Source: Octopus sinensis | Taxonomy: Eukaryota | NCBI RefSeq assembly: GCF_006345805.1 | Contig: NC_042998.1 | Location: 137,950,001 to 138,014,000, forward strand | Length of the DNA stretch: 64,000 bases | Reading direction: 5' to 3' | Shown: piece after piece, positions 25,316 through 40,309 of the stretch | Position numbering within the stretch: position 1 is the stretch's first letter | Layout of the letters: each line of letters opens with the position of its first letter | Made by a program: the position numbers and the translations under genes | Notes under the pieces: model-generated | Database searches by the model: none | Told to the model about the DNA's origin: nothing | What the model saw: the letters and a program-made list of their open reading frames with translations, nothing else

Positions 25316-26988
25316 GGCACTGTCATGCCTTTGGATGTCAGAAGTGAAAGAAGAAAAATCTGACGTCATTTTGACGTCACACTTTTTCTCGTCCATCTTC
25401 GTTTCTTTCCGTATAATTTATCAAATTAAAAAACGCAAAATCAAAAACGCGTGTAAATATATCAAATTAATAAACGGAAATTATTTAGAATGTAAAAATC
25501 AAAAACGCGTGTAAATATATCAAATTAATAAACGCAAATTATTTAGAATGTAAAAATATTATTTTCAACGGAGAGATTATCAAAATATAAACTTGAAGTT
25601 AAGTTTAAAAATAAATGCGATACTCATTCTGTCTTGATACTTATACTCTCTATATCTCAAACACATGGATATAGCTGTCGAATTTGCTCTATCAACTTTC
25701 CGAATATATCGTCCTTAAATTCATAGCGCCACATGAATTCGATGAGATGGGTCTGAAGTAAATTTCTGGCTGTTCCACATTCTCTTCTATTTCGATTCTT
25801 TACGTGTTTCCATAAACATTCTATGTGGTTGGTTGTGGCAAATGTTACCGGATCAACAAAATTTATTGAATGATTCACGGTCAAATGTCTGTATCCTAGC
25901 TGACTGAGCGTATTATACGAACGCCAAAGGTCGGAAATTATGGTTGTACCAGGCAATATACGCTCTCGTATAATTTGTAAAAGAGTGTCCGCTGTCCGAT
26001 CTTCCACTGCCACTAAAATACATCTTCTGGTATCTCTTTCTAAAGCACCAAACACCCACTGCGTTTTAACCCGATGGCCAACATTATATTTTCTTCTAAC
26101 AAACGCGCTTTCGTCTATCTCTACGATTCTGTTGGGTCCTCCCAGCTTAATATTCTGTGCAACATAATATTCTGCACATATATCGCGGCAAAAATTCCTC
26201 CAATCTGTCACGGCTACATTTGCTAAATGACATTCCTGTCCTATTCCTTTTGCTAAATCTTCTTTGGCCCAGTAATATAATATATCTATGATTTGTTGAC
26301 ACTTCAATTTGCTATTTTCTAAAAATGTTCCTTTTCTAATTGACACGGATTTTCTACAAGGCCTTCCACACGACCATATTACTTCATCCGATATACTTTT
26401 TTTTCGCTATTTCACTCATGCTACCTCCACACGATATACATATTTTCTGGGTATTCAAAAGGCCATGTCTCTTAAGCCAATTAATGCTATCTGCTGTTGT
26501 AGCCGTGGCCATGGTAATATCGCGGTGACTAATTCCTCTTAAACTTGGATATGCAAAAACCATATTGAAAATTGTTTCGCACGTGTTGATATCACACTGA
26601 AAGATTTTCTAACTGAATAAATTTCAAAGTTTGAATTACGCACGTGGTGGTCAGTGGTCATTCTGATTGGTGTATGTAATCGCGGTGATGGTCATGGGGG
26701 TTCATTTGTGCAGATTTGGTGTGATTTCTTTTTTAAAAACAATAATGAATAATGCAAGAATATATTTATTTATAAAGTTTAAACAGAATAAGTATCACAT
26801 TTATTTTAAAAATTAACTTCAAGCTTTTATAAACCTAGCGTGGTGGTACGTAAATAAACGGCGTAAATTAAAGCGTGGTGGTACGTAAATAAACGAAAGT
26901 TTAAACATGACGACGTAAATACACGAAGTTGACGTCTGATGTCAGATTTTCTACTTTCACTTCTGACATCCAAAGGCATGACTGTGCC
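25316..26988 (-). mobile_element. Merlin (IS1016/IS1595-like) DNA transposon, 1673 bp
   Basis: ~50-bp TIR GGCAC(T/A)GTCATGCCTTTGGATGTCAGAAGTGAAAG; internal 58-bp tandem repeat (25441-25557) and ~34-bp subterminal repeat (~26838-26895). Confidence 0.93.
25657..26563 (-). pseudogene. Merlin transposase (DDE_Tnp_IS1595-like), 301 aa if one base is removed
   Basis: MVFAYPS...CISCGG then +1 frameshift in the T8 run at 26397-26404, then WSCGRPC...VEIDESAF...WVFG...TIISDLWRSY...H.TVNHS..FVDP...TNHIECLW...EFMWR. Confidence 0.9.
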
Positions 26989-28019
26989 GCTGCACGTCAA
27001 TCGGACTGTTCAATGGCGGCAAAATCCGATTACAACCATTGCCATATGTACCTACGACTGCAGATCTTTGGCGGGGAGAACTGAAATGGCCCATCTAATG
27101 GAAGAGAAAAAGATGTGCTATGGCTTTGCGAAGGAAAGACATAAATGGAAGATGGACTGGGAAAAGCAGGAAGCACGAGAGTAACAGGTGGTGTGTATGT
27201 GTGTGTATAAAATGTTGTCTGCTCTGGGTTACATTGCTTCTATTCAGTCATCGTATGTTATTTATTTATTTCTATGTACCGGACTGTTTCAAATGTACGA
27301 AATAAGTAACAATATAAAAAATAGTGCAGTAAAAGGGTAAAGACCTCCTTCGGTCATGAATGACCATGAAATTGCATCTGGGAAGTTAATCTCTGGGGCA
27401 AGGTTTCTCTTTCTTTGCCATTTTCAGATCAGCCAGGAGCAAATCAGTTCTATAAACGTTTCCCCAGCACAGCATAGCAAGCGAGCTTGCTAGTTAAATA
27501 TAACAACGAATAAACTAACTAGGAAGTTAATATAATTAATCAACTATGACTCAACTGGCACTACCCCAGTATGGCCACAGTCCAAAGATTGAATCAGTCA
27601 AAATAAATAAATAAATTAATTAATTAAAAGCAAAAAAAAAAAAAAAATGCACTTTGTTTTATTTAATCAACTCCGAAATAATACAAGACCAAAAAGACAC
27701 ATTGTAGACTATTGCTAGAGATCCCAGAGATTCACCGCACTAGAAACAGCCATTAAATCATTCAGACTACTTAATTTTGTTTCTTCCTCGTTTTCCTTCA
27801 AAGAAAAAAACAACTTTTGTCTTCCTCTTCCTGTCAGACATATTGTCCATTATTTCTGTATTTCATTGTTTCAATCATTCATAATTTTTTTAGTTAATAT
27901 TTTCTTCTGTTTGTGTAAATTTCCATAGTTTTGTTCCCCACCCCAAAAAAAAACTTTTTTCATTTGCTGTTCTTCTACTACTTATTGTTATTTATATCAT
28001 TAGGTGTTGTTTTTGCTGT

Positions 28020-28410
<391 letters not shown>

Positions 28411-28850
28411 TTTGTGACATAGTTTTTAAAACCGTTTTTAATAAAATGAATCAACACATTATTCAAGAGGGATGGATTATCACTCAATAAAATGTCAATT
28501 TACATTAAAAATAAGGAAACATGCGCGCGCGCACACACACACACACACGCACACAAAATAAAGAAACGAATCAAGCATTCTTGACTCACCATCTCCACCA
28601 CACTTAAACCCTCCATGCACTTACATCACTCACCATCCTCTGCTTTGTTCCGTCTGTCTGTCTGTCTATCCGTCTATCCGTTTCTCTGTCTCTATGTCTC
28701 TTCTCTTCCTCTCTCTGAGTCTATCCTTTTCTATCTTGATCTATCTTTTGCACTTTTCTTATCTTTTAAAATACGAATGAGTATTGTAACAATTCTGACG
28801 TCATCCCAAGAGATGGAGATCGAGAAAGGGAGGGAGGGCGAGAGAGGCAA

Positions 28851-28885
<35 letters not shown>

Positions 28886-29199
28886 AAGAGAGAGAAATTG
28901 AGTGATAACAAAACTAAATAGAGGTGGAATAAGAATTAGAAAAAGTAAAAAGTTAACACATTAATATATAACAAATTCAAAAGACAGTTTAAAAAATTAG
29001 GACACGGTTTAACTAGAAAGAAACAAAAAATAACTCGACAGTTGAACAAAGGAACAAGCAAATAAAATAAATGTTGAATTTTAAAGTAAAATAAGTAAAG
29101 AAGGAGAAAAGTCAAGCAATTTGTATATTATGGTTGTCCCAAATGGGTAATTTATGAAGTCACGTCATGCTATAGTTTCACAACATATTCTTCATAGGA

Positions 29200-29271
<72 letters not shown>

Positions 29272-29295
29272 TTATATATACACACACACATACAA

Positions 29296-29692
29296 GCGTG
29301 GCTGTGTGGTAAGGAGCTTGTTTCCCAACCATGTGGTTCGGGGTTCAGTCCCACTGTGTGGCACCTTAGGCAAGTGTCTTTTACGATAGCCTCGGGCTAA
29401 CCAAAGCCTTGTGAGTGGTTTTAATACACGGAAACTGAAAGAAGCCCATCGTATATATACATATATATATGTATGTGTGTGTGTCTTTGTGTCTGTGTTT
29501 GTCACCCCCACCTATCACTTAATAACCGATGTTGGTGTGTTTATGTCCCCATAACTTAGCGGTTCGGCAAAAGAAACCAATAGAATAAGTATTAGACTTA
29601 CAAACAATAAGTTTTGGGCTCGATTTCCTCGCTTAAAAAACTCATTAAGGCAGTGCTCCAGCATAGCAGCATTCAAATGACTGAAACCAGTA
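29296..29692 (+). mobile_element. SINE family B (internal microsatellite)
   Basis: gcgtggctgtgtggtaag...cccactg.gtggcacctt.ggcaagtgtctt...; further copies at ~21280-21720, 23630-24243, 42541-42878, 61530-61690. Confidence 0.85.
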
Positions 29693-29698
29693 AAAAAA

Positions 29699-29771
<73 letters not shown>

Positions 29772-29836
29772 TAATCCAAACAAGAAAGCACAAAAAAAAC
29801 ACAACGACGTGGAACAAATATAGTATTATTGGACGC

Positions 29837-29914
<78 letters not shown>

Positions 29915-29921
29915 GTATATA

Positions 29922-29981
<60 letters not shown>

Positions 29982-30035
29982 CACATATATATATATATAT
30001 ATACATAAATACACACACGAACACATATTAACATG

Positions 30036-30078
<43 letters not shown>

Positions 30079-30090
30079 GTGTATGTGGGG

Positions 30091-30410
30091 GGTTAGAGCG
30101 TCGAGCTTACGATCATGAGGTTTGAGTTCGATTCTCGGATCGGGCTGCGTGTTGTGTTCTTGAGCAAGACACTTTAATTCACGTTGGTCCAGTTCACTCA
30201 GCTGTAGAAATGAGTTGCGACATCACTGGTGCCAAGCTGTATCGGTCTTTGCCTTTCCCTTGGATAATATCAGTAGTGTGGAGAGGGGAGGCTGGTATGC
30301 ATGGGCGACTGCTGGCCTTCCATAAACAACCTTGCCCGGACTTGTGCCTCGGACGGTAACTTTCTAGGTGCAATCCCATGATCATTCATGGCCGAAGGGG
30401 GTTTTCTCCT
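30091..30410 (+). mobile_element. tRNA-derived SINE with tail ending ...catgatcattcatggccgaagggggt
   Basis: tRNA-like head, CORE-like segment, tail also seen at 27340-27400 and 30620-30710. Confidence 0.75.
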
Positions 30411-30464
30411 CATACATACATACATGCATACATGCATACATACATACATACATACATACATACA

Positions 30465-30536
<72 letters not shown>

Positions 30537-30710
30537 AAGAATATAATCGGTTTTCCAACGGCTTTTCTTTTTTTGGAAGCGTCTTAGTATGGGCCTTAAA
30601 TTTATCTTGAGCCAACAGCCTTCCATAAACAATCTTGCCCGGACTTGTGCCTCGGAGTGTACTTTCTAGGTGCAATCTCATGGTCATTCATGACGGAAGG
30701 GGGTCTCCTC

Positions 30711-30805
<95 letters not shown>

Positions 30806-30896
30806 GTATATAAAGAATATAATCGGTTTTCCAACGGCTTTTCTTTTTTCGGAACCGTCTCAGTCTGGGCCCTAAATTTATCTTGAGCCAACAGCC

Positions 30897-32345
30897 GAAT
30901 GAAAAAATCTTAATCGACCTGGAAGTCAACTCTTTTTGAACAGCCTCCCAACTCAAATGGTTATCAGTGATAAAGAAGAAGAACAACACACTCGGTAAAT
31001 TACTCACGTGCCAACTAGACCACCCACTTCACCCACCCCAACCAACCAACCAAGAACTCAACCACAAATTATTCAGATTGAAACTGTCTATCTCCAACAT
31101 CTTAAGGAAGGAATTGAAAATAACTACAAACTTAACCAAGGCGCAACATAAAACACTGACTAAACTAAAAAACAAAAACCTTGTATACTTACCATCAGAT
31201 AGAGGAAAAGAAATCTGCGTGATTTCTTGTGAAATATATGATAGACTGGCACTAGAACATTTAAGCAATGACAGGCTATATTCTGAAGTGACAGATATAA
31301 CTGCGACCAGGACTGAGGACCGAATTAACACCGCATGGACGGACATCTCTAGACGGTGACAAATATATAATAAATTCAAGAACAACTTCATCACAAAGAA
31401 CAGTAGATTACCCAAATTTTATCACCTCATTAAAACACACAAGAATAGCAACAAGATCTAGATTAAATCCATCGTCTCCAGCCTGGAAAGACCTCTATAT
31501 ATAATATCCTGGTTACTTTCTCACATCCTGAAACCCATACTATCCACCTTTTCGGGACACGTCAAGAACTCCGACGAAGTCATCAAAAGACTGCATCAGT
31601 TACCCCGAGACCAACTCAGGCAAAACAGATATGCCTTTAGTCTTGGCGTTGTCTCAATATACACAACGGTGCCAGCACTCTCGACGGTCAACCTATTGAC
31701 TGACTGCATAACAGCGTCCAACAATGCTTCGGACTTACCACAGCTGATCTGATATACATCAACTTTTGTCCATCATCATGGAAAACACCTATTTCTCTTT
31801 CCAGGATCATATATACAAACATGCTCGGTGCCAAGATAGGATACGCCAGAAATGAACTTGCACGCATCCAGGGCAAGTGCAGCAGAACGGAGGACAATGT
31901 GACCCACACTACACGCACGCTTCCTAGATATATTGAAAACCAACGGATACCCTAGATCCATTGTAAATCGGCTTAAGTACCCAAGATGACCAACACGTCG
32001 AACACATAGAAAACCCAGCAACACATGCTTCCTTAAAATACCCCATTCTAGCGAGAGGATAACTAGAGCCATCCGAAGAGTCATAAAAAGAGAAGGGCTA
32101 GACATACAACTAACCCACTCCGGCCCCTCTCTGAGAGGACACCTCGCAAAGAAACGAACAAGGGACAACAATCAATGCACACAAACAAACTCTCCCATCC
32201 GTGACACAGATTTATGCCAACGGTTAATGTGTATAGAATACAATGTAACAAATGCAACAAGTTCTGCGTGAGCAGCACAAGGCCGTTACATGTCCGCATC
32301 AAAGAACATCTGAACACGAGAGCTTCCTCCTTCAGCCACACCTCG
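30897..32345 (+). mobile_element. Penelope-like retroelement (RT + GIY-YIG), decayed, with internal deletion
   Basis: NLTKAQHKTLTKLKNKNLVYLPSDRGK; RLPKFYHLIKTHK; SLGVVSIYTTVP; VYRIQCNKCNKF..ST.RPLHVRIKEHL. The central RT motifs (YxDD) are missing. Confidence 0.88.
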
Positions 32346-33991
32346 AATATATTCTATGAGTAGTTTATTTAGTTAATTGATCAACTGGGCAATAAGAGGG
32401 TGAAAGTCTAGTTCTAGTTATAGACAAATATTCTATAATGTTGCTTCTTTTTTCCAGCTTCTGCCGACGCACATTACAATATTTTAATATCTCAGCCCAC
32501 GATACAGCTCACGGAAAACTATGTTTATGTTGTTAGAGACTATAAGTCAATAATCGGAAGATCACCACTGGGTATTATTAAGGTTTGACGCCTTCTTTTG
32601 GTGAGAATGTTTGCTAAGTGAATATTTTCTCTCAAGGGTGTTTTTTTGCTTGACGTTTAGCCACAGAAATGCTAAGTAAAGGGATTCTATTCTTTCTCTA
32701 TCAATCTCTCTCACTCCCATCTCTCTCTTTTACTTCCTTTTTCCAATAACGCAAAAGAGAAGAAAGAAAATAAGAGGCAATAAATGGAACCATATTTGTT
32801 AAAAAGAAAATCAAATATCTGCAATATACTATTGAATGTCGACCATATTCTCGCAAAGATATTTAATCCTTAAGGGTACTGGTAAGCAGGGCCGTTACCA
32901 TGAGTTAAAAAATATATGTGCCCACCTTTATTTTTACCCTCGCTACTTCATGTGCTTATAATAAACTGATACAAGTTCGGCAAGCCTTATCGGACAGCGT
33001 TTGGTATTTTCTATATTTATAGGAACAAAAGTTCCGGCCTAACTCCGTATGACCAAAGGGATGTCTGTTACCGAGAAGGCGAAATCGCAGTGGAAAACAG
33101 TTCATTAGTCCATTGGTGTTATTTGGGGTTCAACCTCATATGTTTTCTCACAAAGCCTATAAGGGAAATTTTTCTTCCAAAGTAAAATCCTGCAACAAAT
33201 GCTTTTCACGTTCCGCTGTATACTCATTATTTACATATTTTTATTCTGAACCTCGCTGTCTCCTTAAGCTATGCTATGCATGACTATGAGTTAGAAGACT
33301 TTCAAATCTTGTGAGAGTAAAAATCGGAAGTTGTAGCATACAAATATTTTGCAAAGACATTGGAAACACGACTTAAGTGTATCGAAATGAGAATCGAAAC
33401 TGAATTGTGTACATGTCACGATGAGTTACTTTCATTCTGCAACGTACACCATAAGTCACGTGTGGCGTACAAATAATAAAACAGAGAAGAAAAATAGTAT
33501 TGAGCTTATAATGTTCAAACGGCGAATGTTTATGCAAATGGATATATTAAGGTCGATGAAAGAAACAGTGTTTCCTTAGTTTTTCAATGTTTAATGGGTT
33601 ACTCTACCGGATATCTTCCACGAGAAATTTCAAAGCAAACATTATTCCGTCATAAATAAATACGTATTTGGAAATAAAAACTTTTCCAATGTTGATTCAA
33701 TCGTATAGAATGTAATGGTATTATAATATTGTAAAACAAACTAACTCTGGAGGGTATAAGCTCAATCTCCATTGGATTCCAATCATCTGATTTTTTTTTG
33801 AAAATATTTCCGATTTTGTAGTACAGATAAAATACATTATGGCTAATTTACGTGAATTTAAAGAGAAGCATCTTCATTTTGTTTTAATTCTCCTTTTATG
33901 GAAATCCGTTCCAAGAAACACGATTATATCTAAATCTAAAAGCTACATCCACAAGGTTGTTTAGCCGCTAACCAGTTTATTTCATTTTAGC

Positions 33992-34101
<110 letters not shown>

Positions 34102-34407
34102 AGTTGTATGTTTCGACCTCCTTATCTACCAACCTACCATCATTTTGAGTCACGCAAAGCGAAGTAACTCAAATATAGTGAATAAGAAACAGATAGTAGT
34201 TACAGTAGAGTATTTTAAAATTTTCAGTCTACAGTAATAGTTTGCCAAGAAGGCTTTACCACCACCGCCACTGTCTATATCCATTAGATAACACCCTACC
34301 AACATCATTACCACAACACACTATTAGAGTTCATAGTTTATGTATGTATGTATGTTGGTAGGTAGGTATATAAATATGTGCGTGAGCGTATATATATATA
34401 TATATAT

Positions 34408-34888
<481 letters not shown>

Positions 34889-34994
34889 TATATATAAATA
34901 TATATATAATATAAATAATATATAAATATATGCATATATATATATGTACATACCTACATATATATGCATATATACATACATATATGTACATACC

Positions 34995-35345
34995 TACATA
35001 TATATGTATATATACATTCATATATGGGTACAAGACATCAAAAAAACGTTGAACACAATGAGAAACGAAAACATAAAAACAAAAACATAAAACTAACTTT
35101 TTTTCGAACGATGAAAAAAACAAACAAACAGAGAAACGAGTCATACAACATAAAAAATATTCCCCTTCTTCAGTTGTCCCTGTTTCAACTACTCCACCTC
35201 TCGAAGGCAAGGACAAAACGCGACTTCGTTGAAACAGTTTTTCCCGCAAAGCAAATTAAATAAAATTTGGGATTTTTGCAGGCGGTGAAAGTGGTAAGAG
35301 AACAAGACAGTGAGAACAAAACAGTAAAATCAATAAAAAAAGTAA
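34995..35345 (-). repeat. Dispersed repeat family (probable retroelement terminal sequence); relatives at 57110-57500 and 63690-63810
   Basis: Shared motifs aacacaa(t/c)gagaaacgaaaacataaaa, ttcccctt.(t/a)tcag.tg.ccctg, gaagtcgcgt.ttgtcctt. Confidence 0.6.
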
Positions 35346-35934
35346 AAACAGTAAAAGACAGAACAATGAGAACAAACCAGTAAAAACAAACAGTGAGGGC
35401 TGTTAAGCCAAGACGATGGAAAAATTATTCTGAACGCTTATATATATATACATTTTATTTAAACCTGATTTTACTCTCATAGAAATTCCTTTCGATACCC
35501 CGAAAATAGGACGAAGACCAGCCTGGCAAAATATGTCTGGGAATTAAAAGAAAACAAAACCTGACCTTTTACTGTGACATGGAGAATTTTAGATAGAGCT
35601 TCACCTTACAGACACGGTGCGCATAAAAGACCCATCAAATGTGATTTATGCCTGTTGGAAAAATTTTATATTTTATTCCAGGACAATAGCGCTTTAAATC
35701 AAAGACCGAACTCTTGAATTCCTGCAGACACGCAACTAAATTTAAAATGCCGGCTAACAATATATCATATGGATAGTATATTTTTTTGACTCTTGGACTA
35801 GTTTTTAATTACACTGTTGGATATGTTTCTTATAATACATGATTTATTTGTGTACTTATGCTAATATACACTTTTGTATACACATATATTCGTAATTTTA
35901 TTTTGTGTACGTTTGTTACACATTTTCAGCCACC

Positions 35935-36066
<132 letters not shown>

Positions 36067-36743
36067 TTACGGGAAGTATCATTTCTCTCCCTATTGGTTA
36101 CTTGTATAACGTCTTAACAATGAGTTCCTATTCTCCCCCCTTACTTTCCCATCGCTAATTGTTACATTTAAGACCCTTTCCTTCTTCTTCCCCCTTCCTA
36201 CGTTTTAAAATTTACTTTTCATCTAGCTTGTCTGTTATAACTTCTATATGTATTCACCAAGTGATTTTTGCATGCGAGCATGGTTGCGTACATATATGTA
36301 CATGTGTATATGTGTATTTGTGCGTATATTTATGCCTTACATTTATATGTCTGCATATGTATATAGTCTGTGTGCATCCATCTGTGTATTTTGATGTATA
36401 TATGTATATTATAGATGGTCTAGTATGGGTATATACTGTTGTAAAATATTTATGTAATGCAGCGTGAAAATTTTAATTTTAATTTTAATGTATTAATTGA
36501 ATTATATTTCGTATATAATTATTTACAATATGTATATTGAATCCACTCTTCGATTTATGGTTTTCCTCGATTTTTATAATAGGATGAATTTATATTGAAT
36601 TCATTTATTTTGTTTATTTTGTTCATTGCATGCTTAAGACCGTTAACTGAAAGGACCAATGAAACAAGTCCATTTTTAAAGGTGCATCCTTCATTTAGTT
36701 TTGATCATATCTTTTTTTCTATTATTGTTCTATTTTAACAAAA

Positions 36744-36781
36744 CTGTCCGACAAACGGAAACGTGAAACTCTGAGTAACAG
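36744..36781 (+). ncRNA. Second copy of the U4C HHR-like family (CCGACAA core, decayed)
   Basis: ctgt-CCGACAA-acg-gaaa-cgt-GAAA-ctctgag-TA-acag, followed by an AATAAA-containing tail. Confidence 0.45.
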
Positions 36782-37803
36782 CTTTTGTTATATTTCTGCT
36801 GCTTTTAAATAAAGCGTATTTATCTACCTCTGGTATTTGAGCACTCCTTTTTTCACCTTGTTTCACATTTATATGCTTACTCCGGTGTGTATATATATAT
36901 ATATATATATATATGCACATACGTACATATATATACTTACATATACACACACATACATACATATATATATATATAAATACATATATACATATATATATAT
37001 TCACACATATGTATATATATTTCGTTTTTGGATTTGGTTTGCAAGATTCTTTATGTGAATTCGTGTGTTGAAGCATATTTTGTTGAGTCTGGGGAGAGTA
37101 ATTCTTTTTGTGCCTTATAATGTAACACACTCACCAGTAAAATTTCCGCTTATTTCTAATTTTTATTTTCCTAAAATTTTCGTTGAGTCTTGCAACCTTT
37201 TCAATAATCTTGACTGTCCGTTATTTACACTGCGTTCCTTTTTGTTTGTGCGCATGTGTGTGGGTCAGTGTGTGTGTGTGCCAATGCATGCATGCATGCA
37301 TGTATGCATGTATGTATGTATGTATGTATGTATGTATGTATGTATGTATGTATGTATGTATGTATGTTATGCATGTGTGTGTATGTATACATTTGTGTGT
37401 ATGCATATGTATATCTGTATGTATGTATGTGCATTTGTATGTATTCTTCATATTCATCTGCTTGCATGTCCATGTTTGTGTATGTTTATGTATGTGTGTG
37501 TGTGAGCGTGTGTTTGTATATGTATGCACCTCTGTCTCCTTGTGTGTGCATGTCTGTGTGTGTGTGTTTTGCAACTATGTACCATGTTTGTATGTATGGA
37601 GGTGCATCTCCATATGTGTGGACGTGTGTCTCCATATGTGTCCCTATGTGAAGTAAAGTGTGTGTGTGTGTATATGGTCATGTGTTTCAGTCTCCATTTG
37701 CGTATGTGTGCTTGTCTTTTCATATAACCTATGTAGCTATCCGTCTGTACGTCGATCTGTGTATTTTCATATCCATATGCTCACATACAAGTGTGTGTGT
37801 GTG

Positions 37804-37846
<43 letters not shown>

Positions 37847-38264
37847 CGGTGCTACATATGATAGATTTTATAATCTCTGATGATTCCTCATGTTGATCTC
37901 AAATTTAAAACATTGCCGCAGACTGCGTTCCAAATATTGGTTTACTCTTCCAGGACAGAACCCAGGGTTCTGATCGGTCATTGACCCTTTTATAACACTC
38001 AAGTGCCACTTACAAATACGAGTACTTCTGCTACCTGTACAGAAGACTGAAGTCCCAAACATTCAAAATCCGCTTATTTTCATACGTGCAGTTCCATCTC
38101 GCACTTCCTTTGGGTTCATATCTCAAAAATAGGTATTTTATCTTTTATATTAACGTTTGTTTTTATGTTCAGTTATAATAAAAACAAATTTACATTAATC
38201 GGATCGGTTATTCTATACTTTTGTAGAGTGTAAATTTCTTCTTCTTCTTTTCTACTCTAGGCAC

Positions 38265-38625
38265 AAGGCCCGAAATTTTTGGGGAGGGGGCCAGTCGATT
38301 AGACCGACCTCAGTACACAATTGGTACTTGTTTAATCGACCCCGAAAGGATGAAAGGCAAAGTCGACCTCGGCGGAATTTGAACTCAGAACGTAGCGGCA
38401 AATGAAATACCTATTTCTTTACTACCCACAAGGGGCTACACACAGAGGGGACAAACAAGGCCAGACAAACGGATTAAGTCGATTATATAGACCTCAGTGC
38501 GTAACTGGTACTTATTTAATCGACCCTGAAAGGATGAAAGGCAAAGTCGACCTCGGCGGAATTTGAACTCAGAACGTAGCGGCAGACGAAATACTGCTAA
38601 GCATTTCGCCCGGCATGCCAACGTT
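38265..38625 (-). mobile_element. Two adjacent family C SINEs
   Basis: cgaccccgaaaggatgaaaggcaaagtcgacctcggcggaatttgaactcagaacg occurs twice; + copy at 45981-46212. Confidence 0.85.
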
Positions 38626-38644
38626 TCTGTATATACATACATAT

Positions 38645-39000
38645 ATACATATGTTGTTAACAGTGACAGAAGTTTCGGTCAGCAAAGCCATCATTATACT
38701 GAATGCATTAGAGTTAGTCTTGCCTTTATATAGTCTCTACTGAGTTAAAATCATCTTTGGGTGGGTGGATTTGGGTGAGGAGTTTATTACGTTCTTATGG
38801 AAAGGTGTTTTTGGAAAACTTTTAAATGATTATGCGAGGTATACTAGCCGTCGTACAGTTACTGTTTACATCTCGTTCAGAGATTTATTATTTTAAATGA
38901 TTGTTTAGAATTTATTAATGTATGTAGAAGTTTGTAAATAAGCCTGTGGTGTTTCTCTTTTGTAAGCACAAAGCGTGACAGTATTTCTTTTATAAGTAAA
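38645..39000 (-). mobile_element. PLE-type 3' terminal fragment, inverted partner of 39420-39750
   Basis: Reverse complement aligns with 39420-39750 (gcaagact.actctaatgc, gccGAAActtc..gtcactg). Confidence 0.6.
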
Positions 39001-39419
39001 GAAATGACCAATCTAAACTTACTACAGTAATACCTCACATTACGAAGACCCGCTTTACGAGACCCCAGGTTTACAAGTTTTATTTTATAATAAATATAAA
39101 AAGATTAAACAGCCTTTTTGTGTGTGTGGCAACGTCGTAACATATGGCAACACTGGTTCTAACGCGTCTACACAGCTGCATATAGCGAAGGAGTAAATGA
39201 CAGCATAAAATATGGGAAATTATTGTTCTGCTTTACGAGTTTTCGCTTTACTAGCGGCCTCCGAGAACAAATTAACTCGTATATCGAGGTATTGTTGTAC
39301 TTACATTCTTTTGAAAAAAAAAAGAAGAAAAAAAGAGGCAACACACCCAATTACTAAGGGTTTAAGTACTGGACTTTGAACCTTTGACCTTTACATTGTC
39401 AAAACAAAAAGATTAAATC

Positions 39420-39750
39420 CAATAATACCAAAAGCAATGTAAAAACTATCACGCTTTGTGTCTACCTAACAAAAGAGAAACACCTTATAAAGTTCTACTT
39501 ATATTAATAAATTCTAAACAATAACATAAACCCCAAATTTAATGAATTAAAAAATTTCCAAAACACCTTTCCAAAACAACCGACCATAAAAACTTAATTA
39601 CCATCCCACTCAAACCCACCCACTCAAAGATGATTTCAACTTAATAGGGACTATATAAAAGCAAGACTGACTCTAATGCCTCGGAGTTCGACGATAGATT
39701 AGCTGGCCGAAACTTCGAAATCACTGTCAACATTCTTGTTTAAAAATAAT
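39420..39750 (+). mobile_element. PLE-type 3' terminal fragment with decayed HHR-like motif
   Basis: agt-tcGACGA-tagattagctggcc-GAAA-cttcgaaa-TC-actg at ~39685-39726; a related motif lies at 44705-44755. Confidence 0.6.
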
Positions 39751-39992
39751 ATATTTTATCATTTACTTGTTTCAGTCATTGTACTGCAATCATGCTGGGG
39801 GTACTACCTTGAAGGATATAGTCGAACAAATCGACCCCTGTACTTTTTCTTTCAAGTCTTGGTACTATTCAATCGGTCTCTTTTTGCCGAGCCGATAATT
39901 GACGGGAACGTAAAAAAAAAAAAAAACCCAAACCGGCTGTTAAGCGGTGGTGGTGGACAAATACAGACACAGAAGCACACACACACACACAC

Positions 39993-40044
<52 letters not shown>

Positions 40045-40255
40045 TGGACTTCTTTCAATCACCCTCTGCGAAATCCAAGTTCCTTTACCATATAACCAAA
40101 CACGCAATTTTATAATCTGATGAGCTACAGGAAGAATTCAAGTAGACAGAGAGTTGCGCCAAAGCACTTAAAAGTTGATAAGTGCTTTAGCTCGCATCTC
40201 TAAACACTCGAGTCCCTCCTGCTTTTCCGCAGTTCCTTATAAAAATATTATATAT

Positions 40256-40309
<54 letters not shown>

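Noticed and set aside
26395-26406. A-AAA-AAG slippery heptamer in the Merlin transposase as a programmed -1 frameshift
   Set aside because: The downstream ORF needs a +1 shift; the -1 frame stops within a few codons.
35150-35250. CTGA(A/T)GA-containing hairpin here and at 57260-57330 and 63745-63810 as a type II hammerhead
   Set aside because: The GAAA and NUH elements are not conserved in a consistent register among the three copies.
40105-40190. CTGATGA-gctac/gtag with adjacent hairpins
   Set aside because: No GAAA after stem II; too decayed to call.
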